Virus record (IMG/VR): IMGVR_UViG_3300025889_000092 | Coordinates: 1-64,000 of that record | DNA: 64,000 nt | Source: a virus | Direction: 5' to 3' (one strand) | Shown: positions 53,286-62,595 of the stretch, piece after piece | How positions within the stretch are numbered: position 1 is the stretch's first letter | Layout of the letters: the number at the start of each line of letters is the position of its first letter | Translations under genes and position numbers: made by a program | The notes under the pieces: model-generated | Seen by the model: only the letters and a program-made list of their open reading frames with translations | Databases searched by the model: none | Told to the model about the DNA's origin: nothing

Positions 53286-53831
53286 ATGGAAATTCTAACC
53301 TTAGGTACTCAAAAAATAGGACATCAAAATTTAACTATTGAGGAGAGCGACGCTCTTTTGAGCTTGTGCTTAAATGACGAGGACCAGTGGGACAACAGCC
53401 CTTTTCTTGCGGGGGTAGTTACTTCGCAAATAGCCCTTAGTGATTGTGACGCTATTTTGTCTCTCCTGAAGAATAAGATAAGCGTTTATGCGCGTTCCCA
53501 AGGAATGCCTTTAACTTTTTCTTTAAAAAAATGCTGGTATAACGTTATGAGACCAGGGGATTTTAATCCCCTGCACGATCACTCGGGTGATCTCTCTTTT
53601 ATAGTTACTTTTGAAGCTTCACAGGAGCTCCGTGAAGAGCAAAAACAAAACGATCACCCAGGACAGCTGTGGTTTTACGCACCTTCTTTTTATGGCACGA
53701 TTGTAGGGCTAAAAGCTTCGACTGAAGGATCAAATTTTTACATATTTAACTCGACATTGGATCATGCTGTATACCCCTTTAGAAGCGAGACCTTACGTTA
53801 TTCTTTAGCAGGTAATTTAGTCTTTAATTAG
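53286..53831 (+). CDS. 2OG-Fe(II) oxygenase (TIGR02466-like)
   Basis: W.N.M.PGDFNP.HDH...LSF, G.L.F, IF.S.L.HAVYPF.....R.S.AGN. Confidence 0.88.
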   Translation: MEILTLGTQKIGHQNLTIEESDALLSLCLNDEDQWDNSPFLAGVVTSQIALSDCDAILSLLKNKISVYARSQGMPLTFSLKKCWYNVMRPGDFNPLHDHSGDLSFIVTFEASQELREEQKQNDHPGQLWFYAPSFYGTIVGLKASTEGSNFYIFNSTLDHAVYPFRSETLRYSLAGNLVFN

Positions 53832-53889
53832 CGTTTTTCTCATTTAAATTTTCGCGACTAAACTTAATTGGATTTTATGACTTACCTCG

Positions 53890-54231
53890 TTGGACCTCAA
53901 GCACTTTACTTTAGATCTTATTGGTGCTGATAAAACCTTGTTAGATGATGAGGACTATATACGTTCAATCTTAAAAAAAGCAATCGGAAAAGCCAACGCT
54001 TCACTTATACAGTTACGAAGCCATAAATTCGATCCTCAAGGTCTCACTGCTTTTGCGATTCTTGCAGAATCTCACGTATCTATACACACATGGCCCGAAA
54101 TTAATTTTGCCGCCGTGGACTTTTTTACTTGCGGAGAGCACACCAAACCAGAGGAAGCGTGTGAGTATATTTCATCAGCATTGAAAGCTAAGTCGCACAG
54201 TATATTCTTTGTCGAAAGATTTTCTCCATAA
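53890..54231 (+). CDS. speD: S-adenosylmethionine decarboxylase proenzyme
   Basis: HKF.PQG.T....LAESH.SIHTWPE...AAVD.FTCG. Confidence 0.93.
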   Translation: MDLKHFTLDLIGADKTLLDDEDYIRSILKKAIGKANASLIQLRSHKFDPQGLTAFAILAESHVSIHTWPEINFAAVDFFTCGEHTKPEEACEYISSALKAKSHSIFFVERFSP

Positions 54232-54289
54232 TTCCTTCTTATTTACGTATTGCATCTGACTAAAATAAAATAAACTTGCGCACAGATTT

Positions 54290-54721
54290 GTGAGCGAGTC
54301 TGATTTAGTCTTTAACCTTCAGTGTCTCCAGAGACGTACTGCAAGGAAACGTTTCCGTAAAGATATTCTCGACGCTTGGAATAATTTTTGCGCCTATTGC
54401 GGTTCAGATCGCGCTTACACCCTCGATCATATAGTACCAAGGGCCAAGGGCGGTTCGACCAAGCGAGGTAATCTGCTTGCATGCTGCCCTACCTGTAACC
54501 TTCAAAAGTCCGACACCGAGTGGCTCCTCTGGTTTAGATCGCAGACTTTTTGGGATCACGAACGTGAGCTCACTATCTGGAACTGGCTGAGCTACAACCA
54601 CGAAAGTAATATTGCTGCTCGCGAATACGAAGAAGCGTGCCGAGAGCCCTTAAAACTCCCGGCACACGACGAGATTGAAGAGGAATCAACGCTTAGCGAG
54701 CTTGGAGATGATGCCAGCTAA
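54290..54721 (+). CDS. HNH endonuclease
   Basis: CAYCG....TLDHIVPRAKGG.....NL..CC..CN..K. Confidence 0.9.
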   Translation: MSESDLVFNLQCLQRRTARKRFRKDILDAWNNFCAYCGSDRAYTLDHIVPRAKGGSTKRGNLLACCPTCNLQKSDTEWLLWFRSQTFWDHERELTIWNWLSYNHESNIAAREYEEACREPLKLPAHDEIEEESTLSELGDDAS

Positions 54722-54862
54722 CATCTCGATGATTCGATAGTACTTAGCGACAGCCTCGTCGTCCTTGGGGGTAGGAGTCAAGTTCACGATGGTGAGTGCG
54801 AGTGCATGCACCGCAAACATGATCGCGAGGATTTGTTGAGCGTGGGCAATAAATTGATCCAT
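54686..54862 (-). CDS. holin-like small membrane protein
   Basis: ILAIMFAVHALALTIVNLTPTPKDD...K.Y..IE.LAG. Confidence 0.6.
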   Translation of the reverse strand: MDQFIAHAQQILAIMFAVHALALTIVNLTPTPKDDEAVAKYYRIIEMLAGIISKLAKR

Positions 54863-54883
54863 GGTGTCTAACACCTTCTGGAT

Positions 54884-55207
54884 TTAGTTTAAAGGATCCC
54901 GTTTGAAATTACTTTTTATTTCTATCGCTCCACCTAGAAGTTCTTGTGCCTTGGATCCGTCTGGCTCGTGCTCGACTACTAAGAATTTGGGAAGCTCTTG
55001 TCCCTCCCAGTACTTTTTTAGCTGTTCTGCTTCTCTATCTACATCTTTTAAAGTAAGCTCGACCTTCCAAAGTATCCAGTCGTGCCTACAGTAGTTTAAA
55101 ACCATCCTTACAATTTTATTGTTTTTTATGCTCTTAAATTTATTTCTTAAAGTATATAAAACTTCGTACAATAAAGCGAACCAGATGTTGTACTCAGAAT
55201 TTTCCAT
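54884..55207 (-). CDS. hypothetical protein
   Basis: 107 aa; ends GS.AQ.LLGG..EI. Confidence 0.65.
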   Translation of the reverse strand: MENSEYNIWFALLYEVLYTLRNKFKSIKNNKIVRMVLNYCRHDWILWKVELTLKDVDREAEQLKKYWEGQELPKFLVVEHEPDGSKAQELLGGAIEIKSNFKRDPLN

Positions 55208-55463
55208 TTACTTTACTCATTATTAGTTGATCTAGTTTGTCATCAATATGATTTAATCGATCTTTGATTTCACTTAATCCTGTATTTAAGTCGTTCTTAG
55301 AAGCGTAAGTTAAGGGGATTGCGTTTATATCCTGTTCAATACAGTCTATTCTTCTATTTATGTTTTTAAATCTGTCGTTTAGAACGCCCTGACGCTGTTG
55401 GTGAGACCACGTCATAAGCCCAATAGCCGTTGCCAGAATAGCTACTACAGCTTCAGCACCCAC
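55194..55463 (-). CDS. membrane-anchored coiled-coil protein (lysis-cassette type)
   Basis: N-terminal TM segment, then LP..Y.SK.DL...L..I..RL..I..KLD. Confidence 0.65.
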   Translation of the reverse strand: MGAEAVVAILATAIGLMTWSHQQRQGVLNDRFKNINRRIDCIEQDINAIPLTYASKNDLNTGLSEIKDRLNHIDDKLDQLIMSKVNGKF

Positions 55464-55556
55464 AGTCGTTTTGTCTCTCTTGTAATTTTAATAGAGCCCA
55501 TAACTAATCAGTAGGAATTTTTCGTTTAAACTAAAGATATCTAACAGCCGCACATC

Positions 55557-55955
55557 ATGGCACAAACTACTTTTAACCGTGAATTAGGTGCTGCGCCTGC
55601 GGGTATAAGTCGGTTTGGGCAGGTTCGCACTGAGGATGGTTTGAACGTAACTGTTGATAGCTACCGAGCTTTTGCTGGTGATGGTAAATATCCCCTCTCG
55701 GATGTTTACACCATCACTTACGGCGCAACTGGAACTGCCACTTTCCTCTTGGACGCGGAAGCTTTCGGTGTGACGGGCTTTACCATCGTGGGCTCTGATG
55801 GCGTTTCTGACGGTTCATATACCGCTCCGAAAACCAGCCGTCGCCAAAGTGGCGGGGTGGGCATCTCGGCTTCTTCCGGCGATACAGCAACTCTTTATGT
55901 GCATCGCTCCGACCGTAGTGCATCTGAGTATCGCATGACCATGTTGGTCGCTTAA
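55557..55955 (+). CDS. putative virion protein
   Basis: 132 aa beta-rich; TAAACT box 24 nt upstream. Confidence 0.65.
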   Translation: MAQTTFNRELGAAPAGISRFGQVRTEDGLNVTVDSYRAFAGDGKYPLSDVYTITYGATGTATFLLDAEAFGVTGFTIVGSDGVSDGSYTAPKTSRRQSGGVGISASSGDTATLYVHRSDRSASEYRMTMLVA

Positions 55956-56019
55956 TTTATAAAGTTTTCACCCATTTTTGATCGGTTTTTGCCAAAGTAA
56001 TTGAGGTTAAAGCCGATCA

Positions 56020-57252
56020 ATGGGGCTCTCGCAGCGCGGACTTGATTTAATAAAACACTTCGAAGGTTTGCGCCTTACTGCTTATAAATGCAGTGCGGGT
56101 GTCGACACGATCGGTTACGGACACACTGGTCCTGACGTTAAACCGGGCTTACGGATTACGCAGGAAGAAGCAGAAAAATTGCTGTGGAAGGACACCGAGA
56201 GCGCACAGCAAGCTGTAAATAGTTTCGTAAATATTAGATTAAATCAGAATGAGTACGATGCTTTAGTTTCCTTCGTTTTCAACGTAGGCCCTAGTGCGTT
56301 TGTAAGCAGCACACTCCTCAGACTTTTAAATTCGGGTGCGGAGCGTAATATCGTTGCGGGCGAGTTTGCGCGATGGGTTAAAGCCGGTGGCGATAAAGCA
56401 GTTCCAGGACTGGTTAGGAGACGCCAGAAAGAAAAGGAGCTATTTTTGGAACAAATTAAACACCCTCTCTTGGGCAAGTCCATCCTGGCCAATAGGGACA
56501 CTTGGTTGAAACGCCAACCGATTGACTCTGGCAAGCTTCCGGCTGAGCAAAAACTCTTTGTGCCGAAAGGTGCTGCCTGGCAGTGGACTGAGATTCGTAT
56601 GTACGCTGGTGAGGCTCATCAAAGAGTCTTCCTGCAACAGCAACCAGATAAAGAATGGTGGTTTTATCCTGATCACTGGAAAATAATTAATGATGCGTCT
56701 ACGGAAACAGAGGTAACAGCCCCCTCTAAAGATATAAAACTTGATGTTCCCTATTACTCTCAGCGAGATAATTACAGAGATGCCAACCGCACCTGTTTTT
56801 CCAGCAGTTGTGCGATGTTGCTTAGCGGGCTGGACAAAAATGCCATCCGTAATGACGACGACTACATACGTGAAGTTTTTAAATTAGGGGACACTACAGA
56901 TGCTTCAGTACAAATAGAAACCTTAGCTCATTTTGGAGTCGAGGCTAAATTCCTTACCTCAGGCAATTGGTCTAGCGTCGAGGATCAGCTCAAAAAAGGC
57001 GTACCTGTTCCTATTGGCATTCTTCATCACGGTTCCGTCAGTAACCCCAGCGGCGGAGGGCACTGGATCTGCGTGGTCGGCATCACTGCCGATCGCTCAA
57101 AATTATTAGTTCACGATCCTTGGGGTGAGCTTGACCTTGTTTCAGGGTCCTATGTGAGCCAGAACGGCAAATACAAGCTCTATTCGAAGAAAAATCTCGG
57201 TCCTCGATGGATGGTCGAGGGAGAGGGGTCGGGTTGGCTCATAAAAGCTTGA
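56020..57252 (+). CDS. endolysin: GH24 lysozyme plus C39-like cysteine peptidase
   Basis: IK.FEGLRL.AY.C.AG..TIGYGHT, GLVRRR..E; L.VPYYSQRDN....RTCFSSSCAM, GHW..VVG, VHDPWG. Confidence 0.92.
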   Translation: MGLSQRGLDLIKHFEGLRLTAYKCSAGVDTIGYGHTGPDVKPGLRITQEEAEKLLWKDTESAQQAVNSFVNIRLNQNEYDALVSFVFNVGPSAFVSSTLLRLLNSGAERNIVAGEFARWVKAGGDKAVPGLVRRRQKEKELFLEQIKHPLLGKSILANRDTWLKRQPIDSGKLPAEQKLFVPKGAAWQWTEIRMYAGEAHQRVFLQQQPDKEWWFYPDHWKIINDASTETEVTAPSKDIKLDVPYYSQRDNYRDANRTCFSSSCAMLLSGLDKNAIRNDDDYIREVFKLGDTTDASVQIETLAHFGVEAKFLTSGNWSSVEDQLKKGVPVPIGILHHGSVSNPSGGGHWICVVGITADRSKLLVHDPWGELDLVSGSYVSQNGKYKLYSKKNLGPRWMVEGEGSGWLIKA

Positions 57253-57287
57253 ATCTGCCTTAAAATCATTTTCCCAGCCTTGCTCCG

Positions 57288-57524
57288 ATGGCGTTCAATT
57301 TAGAGGACATCCTTCTCACATGGGACACCCAGTGGGAACAAGACAAAGCTGATTTCTTAGAGGAACTTTATGAGTTTTATTCCCCCGCAGACCACTGCTA
57401 TACAGGGCTGTTTCAAAAATACCAGAAAGACCTTTGTCTATTTATACGGGATTGGCATCGGCTGCCTCCCGAAGATCTGCGATTTGGTAAGCCGTGGCTA
57501 TTCCCTGTACCTACAATTATTTAA
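57288..57524 (+). CDS. hypothetical protein
   Basis: FLE.LY..Y......YTGLFQ. Confidence 0.65.
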   Translation: MAFNLEDILLTWDTQWEQDKADFLEELYEFYSPADHCYTGLFQKYQKDLCLFIRDWHRLPPEDLRFGKPWLFPVPTII

Positions 57525-57538
57525 GAAGAAGTAACGCA

Positions 57539-57763
57539 ATGTCTGCTCGGGATTACAGAAAGGAATACGATGATTATCAAGGTAAACCTGAGCAGATAAA
57601 GCGTCGCTCGGCTCGCAACAAAGCTCGACGCCACCTAGAAAAACAAGGTCGTGTCAGTAAGGGGGACGGAAAGGAAGTAGATCACAAAGATCACAATCCC
57701 CTAAATAATAGTGCTGCTAATATAAGAGTAAGATCCCGTTCTGCTAACCGGAGCGATCAATAG
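57539..57763 (+). CDS. small HNH protein
   Basis: RDYRKEY...R.ARNKARR...KGDGKEVDH...N...N.RV.....NR. Confidence 0.85.
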   Translation: MSARDYRKEYDDYQGKPEQIKRRSARNKARRHLEKQGRVSKGDGKEVDHKDHNPLNNSAANIRVRSRSANRSDQ

Positions 57764-58266
57764 TGGCAATTATCCCTGGTTCTGACGCTTCCGGTAAGAC
57801 ACCAGAAGGTCTTACTCAAGGTCTTCAGTTCCCTCCTGGTCTGGGTGGGTACAACCGTCAGCCCGGTCTCGGCATCCGGCGAGCAATGATGCTCGATAAC
57901 GGTAACCGGATTGCCTCTCAGCTCGAACACGATCGAGGAGTTTACGTTCGCCCTCCCGTTGGCCCCGTGGAGTATGCGGAGGGAAACATTAAAAAAAGCA
58001 CTGAGCTGACTGGTGTTGCGGGGTATAACCAGCGGGCAATCCCTTTAAAGGACAGTGCTGATGACATGAGTCAGATGGAGTATCTCAGTGCTCTTCGTCA
58101 AGCTGATCCCGCTCAGCGCCTCCGCATGCAGCAGGGTCTTTTAATGTCTAAGCAGAATTTCCTGAACACTCCGACTGTTCAGGCTGAGTATCCGTCCATG
58201 AGCAGCAACATGGTCGATAACCTCATGATGCTGGCCAAAGCCAAACTCTCCGCGAAAAAATCGTGA
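57763..58266 (+). CDS. hypothetical protein
   Basis: 167 aa, GTG start. Confidence 0.65.
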   Translation: MAIIPGSDASGKTPEGLTQGLQFPPGLGGYNRQPGLGIRRAMMLDNGNRIASQLEHDRGVYVRPPVGPVEYAEGNIKKSTELTGVAGYNQRAIPLKDSADDMSQMEYLSALRQADPAQRLRMQQGLLMSKQNFLNTPTVQAEYPSMSSNMVDNLMMLAKAKLSAKKS

Positions 58267-58394
58267 CCGACAACGACTTCCCTATCCGGATGGCTGGGCA
58301 GCGTTTAGGACTTGAAGCCTATAAGCTCTCTGGTCTGACCCCCACTGAAATTACCCGTAGACTGCGGTACCAAGAAGCATTCCCCAGAACCTGA
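58263..58394 (+). CDS. small protein (43 aa, not in ORF track; RMAG motif)
   Basis: GTGA overlap; MTDNDFPIRMAGQRLGLEAY...; exactly fills the gap before thyX. Confidence 0.6.
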   Translation: MTDNDFPIRMAGQRLGLEAYKLSGLTPTEITRRLRYQEAFPRT

Positions 58395-58396
58395 GC

Positions 58397-59113
58397 GTGG
58401 CTTTATCTGATCAGCACAAGGTACAGCTCGATTGGATCACACCCGAACCTGAGAGGGTTCTTGCTAAACATGCTCGGGTATCAACCAAGAACCCTGAGCG
58501 TGAAGAGTACTTAAAGCTTCTTCAGTACTGTTTAAAGCACGGCCACGTAAGTGTCTTTGAACAGGTTTGCGCTTCATTTGAGATTATTACGACTCGTAGT
58601 ATCTCTCCGCAGATACTCAGGCACCGTTCCTTCTGCTTCCAAGAGGCGAGTCAACGGTACTGCAATCCATTAGAGGTTCTCGAAGAAGAGACCTCCCATA
58701 TAGATGCTTTTGAACTACGCGGTCAGGACATTAAAAACAGGCAAAACAGCATCGTCTATACGGACGGGGACATCGAGGAGAAGTTCAGGGGTCGTATCCA
58801 GGACGTTGTATCTGAAATCAATAGTCTTTACCGGGACCTCGTTGCTGCTGGGGTGGCACGGGAATGCGCTCGAAACATTCTTCCTCTCGGCACTCCTACA
58901 AAACTCCATATGCAAGGCAACCTCAGGAATTGGTTGTTTTATGTCGGTCTGAGGAGCGCTCCAGGTACTCAGAAGGAACATAAATTCATCTCCAGCTTGA
59001 TCGGACGGGAACTACAGCTACAGATGCCGGACCTGATCCAAGCGGTAATTGAAGCTGCAGAAGGTGACGAGAGCCTTGGCTTGCGTGGGTGGAAATTTAT
59101 CCATAACACATAA
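58397..59113 (+). CDS. thyX: flavin-dependent thymidylate synthase
   Basis: ARVS, GH.SVFE, QILRHRSF.FQE.SQRY, GVARECAR..LP, TQKEH. Confidence 0.95.
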   Translation: MALSDQHKVQLDWITPEPERVLAKHARVSTKNPEREEYLKLLQYCLKHGHVSVFEQVCASFEIITTRSISPQILRHRSFCFQEASQRYCNPLEVLEEETSHIDAFELRGQDIKNRQNSIVYTDGDIEEKFRGRIQDVVSEINSLYRDLVAAGVARECARNILPLGTPTKLHMQGNLRNWLFYVGLRSAPGTQKEHKFISSLIGRELQLQMPDLIQAVIEAAEGDESLGLRGWKFIHNT

Positions 59114-59119
59114 AGCGAA

Positions 59120-59149
59120 ACCGGGGCTTGAATTAGGCCCCGGTCTTTT
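59120..59149. terminator. terminator between convergent genes
   Basis: ACCGGGGC..GCCCCGGT followed by CTTTT. Confidence 0.7.
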
Positions 59150-59168
59150 CGCCTCACGCGTTTCTTAA

Positions 59169-59792
59169 CTATAAGAGATTTCCCCAAGGGTTTTCAGTTG
59201 TTTTATCTTTTCTTAAGGATGTCTGTGCGTTGCTCGTAGCTTGGTCTTTACCTGAGTTTGCTCCTACCTGAGTTTGCATTCTTATCATGTTTTGAAACGC
59301 CACAACAGTTTGCTTCAACTTTGCGTTTTCCCTTAAGGCCTCATCCGTTTGCTGATCAGCCCATTGCGCTGCACGCATTGTCAACGTATCAATTACGTTT
59401 TGAGGGTGAGGGAAAGAAAAAACATCCCCGTTCTCGTTCGGGATTTGCTTACCCCCTTGCTGCGCGGCAAGGGCAACAAGGAAGTTAGTTGCTTTTTCAA
59501 GAGTTATATCAGCGTGGTAACCCAGCTGAACGGGAGATACTATCCCTTTATTGCTCTCGTATAAAACCGTAAAGACCTTACCAACTTTGAAGGCTTCTTC
59601 AGTTTTTTTGTTTTTGGCAATCCTTCGTTCCAGTGCCAGATGAGCACCCACCATCACACCCCCTGTAGCCGCTAGCGCAGGCGCGTAAAACTTTGGGGCA
59701 ATCGCGGCGGCAGCTGCTGCTCCCGCAACTCCCAGAGCCATCAGAGGGGCGACATACGCTGTCCATGGTTCAATCGCTGGATTTCGGGTCAT
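59169..59792 (-). CDS. membrane protein with winged-helix-like and coiled-coil region
   Basis: Two N-terminal hydrophobic segments; start at MTRNP. Confidence 0.65.
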   Translation of the reverse strand: MTRNPAIEPWTAYVAPLMALGVAGAAAAAAIAPKFYAPALAATGGVMVGAHLALERRIAKNKKTEEAFKVGKVFTVLYESNKGIVSPVQLGYHADITLEKATNFLVALAAQQGGKQIPNENGDVFSFPHPQNVIDTLTMRAAQWADQQTDEALRENAKLKQTVVAFQNMIRMQTQVGANSGKDQATSNAQTSLRKDKTTENPWGNLL

Positions 59793-62556
59793 GTTCTTCG
59801 AAGGCTTTTTGCCAGTGAGGGTCTGCTGGGTTTGATGCCCACTCAACAGGGCTGGGCAGCCGGTTAGTTCCGGCACAAGCTCTGTCAGTGGAGGGGTCGA
59901 ACGGCTTCAATTTTAGGCCTGTGAATACCGCTTTACCATCAATGAAGCGGGGCTCAACTCCGGAGACTTTAAGGACATTCCTTATCGTTTCTTTTAAACG
60001 ATCGACAAAGCGTGGTTTGGCCGAGTGTTTGTAACCGTTCGACTTACAGAAGTTGACGTAAGAGGAGTAGAGCTCCGAGTATGCGTTTTTAACAAATAAA
60101 CCTCGTTCCGACTCGTCGGTGCTGGGACGAAAAGCACCCATACCAATAACGCTTTGACTGTTGGGTGCGTACATAGTGCATTCAGCAAGCCACGCAACAT
60201 AAGGGTTATTGAAGATCAACGCCTCGAGGTTAGTCGAGTTCAACGTAGGCACATGCTTAACTGGATTCGCAAGCACGTCACGCATCACGTCAAAAGGTAG
60301 CGAGAGTGCCCAGCTGACTACGCCCGATAGCTCCGGCGCCAGTTCCCCATCCACCCGATCAGCGTGGACATTCAAGAGGTCACGCCGTTTTGAGGCAGGC
60401 ACTACCTTGTCCATAATTATCGTCAGTCGACGACGCTCGAGACCGCTGCTGATATCGCTACTGCTGATGTGCTCGTTCGAAGCGATGCAGACTAGAACTT
60501 CGGGTTTGAAGTTGATTACCTCTTTCCCGTATTTCCGTTCTGCGCGAAGAGTGTCTGATGCGGAGGTGATCTTCTTAAGGACATCGAGACGCTTGTTGAA
60601 GTTAGCCTCGTCAGTGAGCAGGAGGAGGCGTTTTCCTATGAGGTTATGACACTCAAATTTGTTCGTCTCAATGATCTCGAGGTTGCTTGTGTGCGTTCCA
60701 GAAAAGCCAGCGAGGGCAATAAGCATCTGCTGCAGCGTGGACTTACCTGTACCGCCAGGACCGACAAGGTGTAGAAAGCGTTCGCCCGTTGTATAACCTG
60801 TAAGAAGAGCTCTGCAGAAAGCTTGAATAATTATTACTTTGTCCTTTCCGACTGAGGATTCAAGCCAGCTTAAAAAGTTGGGACACTTGGCTTTGTCGTT
60901 GTAGTCAAAGGAAAGCTTCGTTCTGAGGTACAGAGTTTTATCGTTGCCTGGAGTGAACTCAAGGTTCTGAGATTTAAGAACACCGTTTTTGAAGGGGATG
61001 AATTCCCTGTTCTTACTCCAGATGGAGACTCGTCCACCGCTGACAGATTTAAGGAGCTTGGCTTTTAGGATGTGAAATACTGAGCCTACAGTCGCAGAGT
61101 TGTAACGCTGCAGAACACCAGCAGCAACAAAGGTATCGAGTGTCTTAACGATGCGCCTCTTAATGTGTTGTTCGTCTTGTATGTACCACACGCCTTCTTC
61201 TTTATCGTATGTAAAGAACTCGTCTAAAGAGGAATCAAATAAAAAATCCTCTCCATAGTTGTTTACAATAATATCCGCAACATCATTTTCAGAGAAGTTT
61301 TTCGTATCTTTCTGCAGTTTTATCAGCTGCGTGGGGCTCTTGGGAGTAGAGTCCATGGTTTCCGGGTCCTCTGGTGTTGTTTTTGTTGTTTTTGTGTGTT
61401 GGGGTTTTTGACCCCTTTCAAACTCAAGCGTCAGGATCGAGCTGACAGGCTTTGGTTTCTGCTTACTAAGCTCGCTCTTCAACTCCTCAGGACATTTGTC
61501 GTCGAAGATTTTCTTGTTGAAGTACTTGAGTTTTTTCCATACGGCGGTCTCACCGTCCTCTGATGCGATGACCAGAGCAGGTTTCAGCTCACCGCTGTCG
61601 GAGACGCTGTTCAGGATCCGATCAAACTTTCCATCGAGTAGAGGGCTGTAGTCGTATATATTCTCGAATACAAGCTGTGCGGTTGTCAAGGGGTCGATAA
61701 GTACCGCAATATCCCTCTCGTTTAGCCAGTTGCACCAACCGATGATCTCCTTAAAAGCCATGGCCATGGCAAAGGAGCGGTCCTCTACGGAAGATCCGTT
61801 AAGGATTTCTCTGACTGAATTACTTAAAAGTTTTTCTAGATTTATACCTTCTTCTGAGATTGTCGCTTTTAGATAATCAAAACCGGAGCCCTTGCTCGTT
61901 TGCTCCTTAGGAAGCTTTAAAAAATATCTATATGCCTCGTTAATTTTTTCGGAGGGAATGTAGTTTTCACTTACGTAAAAAAGTTCTTCGTTTGGGGCGT
62001 CACCTTTTGTCCCGTAAAAAAGGTTCGGCACCGTCGTGGCCCTGATGTCTGACCCCGGAATTTGCCCTGAGAGATGGCGAGTAAACCATTGGTAAAAATC
62101 GGTATCGATAATTGGTGTTTCAAGCCCGAAGACTAAACGGAATCGGGGCCAATCTTGTGAGTAGCTTGGTGACCTATATGCAAAGGAGCAGTACTTTTTA
62201 ACTATTTCAAGTTCAAGTGACTCAGCTTCTGAAAGTTCTTGCTTTTGTATTTTGTTTCCGTCTTTATCCTTACCGTCATCTTGGTTATCAATATCGATAA
62301 TAATCAAGCCCGCTTTTATACATTCTGTCGCGTCTTTCGAGCGTCTTCCATTAAGAAGGTGCCACGCGCAAAGACCCTGTCCCTCCGCAACATAGTCAGC
62401 GATATCTTTTATAGCTTTATTTTCACTAATCCAGTTTTCGTTAAATGCCTTAAAGTTTCCACCCGGCATGATCTTGCCGGTTTTCTTGCTCACATGCTTT
62501 TTTACCTCTTCGTTCCGGCTGTAAAAAAACTGCATCGGTCCCCTCAGTCCTGCCAT
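59770..62556 (-). CDS. primase-helicase (D5/P4-type SF3 helicase)
   Basis: N-terminal IIDID...SPS.....PRFRLVF primase-like region; D5_N (IPFKNG), Walker A GPGGTGKST, LLTDE, ASN. Confidence 0.9.
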   Translation of the reverse strand: MAGLRGPMQFFYSRNEEVKKHVSKKTGKIMPGGNFKAFNENWISENKAIKDIADYVAEGQGLCAWHLLNGRRSKDATECIKAGLIIIDIDNQDDGKDKDGNKIQKQELSEAESLELEIVKKYCSFAYRSPSYSQDWPRFRLVFGLETPIIDTDFYQWFTRHLSGQIPGSDIRATTVPNLFYGTKGDAPNEELFYVSENYIPSEKINEAYRYFLKLPKEQTSKGSGFDYLKATISEEGINLEKLLSNSVREILNGSSVEDRSFAMAMAFKEIIGWCNWLNERDIAVLIDPLTTAQLVFENIYDYSPLLDGKFDRILNSVSDSGELKPALVIASEDGETAVWKKLKYFNKKIFDDKCPEELKSELSKQKPKPVSSILTLEFERGQKPQHTKTTKTTPEDPETMDSTPKSPTQLIKLQKDTKNFSENDVADIIVNNYGEDFLFDSSLDEFFTYDKEEGVWYIQDEQHIKRRIVKTLDTFVAAGVLQRYNSATVGSVFHILKAKLLKSVSGGRVSIWSKNREFIPFKNGVLKSQNLEFTPGNDKTLYLRTKLSFDYNDKAKCPNFLSWLESSVGKDKVIIIQAFCRALLTGYTTGERFLHLVGPGGTGKSTLQQMLIALAGFSGTHTSNLEIIETNKFECHNLIGKRLLLLTDEANFNKRLDVLKKITSASDTLRAERKYGKEVINFKPEVLVCIASNEHISSSDISSGLERRRLTIIMDKVVPASKRRDLLNVHADRVDGELAPELSGVVSWALSLPFDVMRDVLANPVKHVPTLNSTNLEALIFNNPYVAWLAECTMYAPNSQSVIGMGAFRPSTDESERGLFVKNAYSELYSSYVNFCKSNGYKHSAKPRFVDRLKETIRNVLKVSGVEPRFIDGKAVFTGLKLKPFDPSTDRACAGTNRLPSPVEWASNPADPHWQKAFEEHDPKSSD

Positions 62557-62595
62557 TTTGGCACGACTCCAGCACCGTGGCTACGGAAAGCAAGC

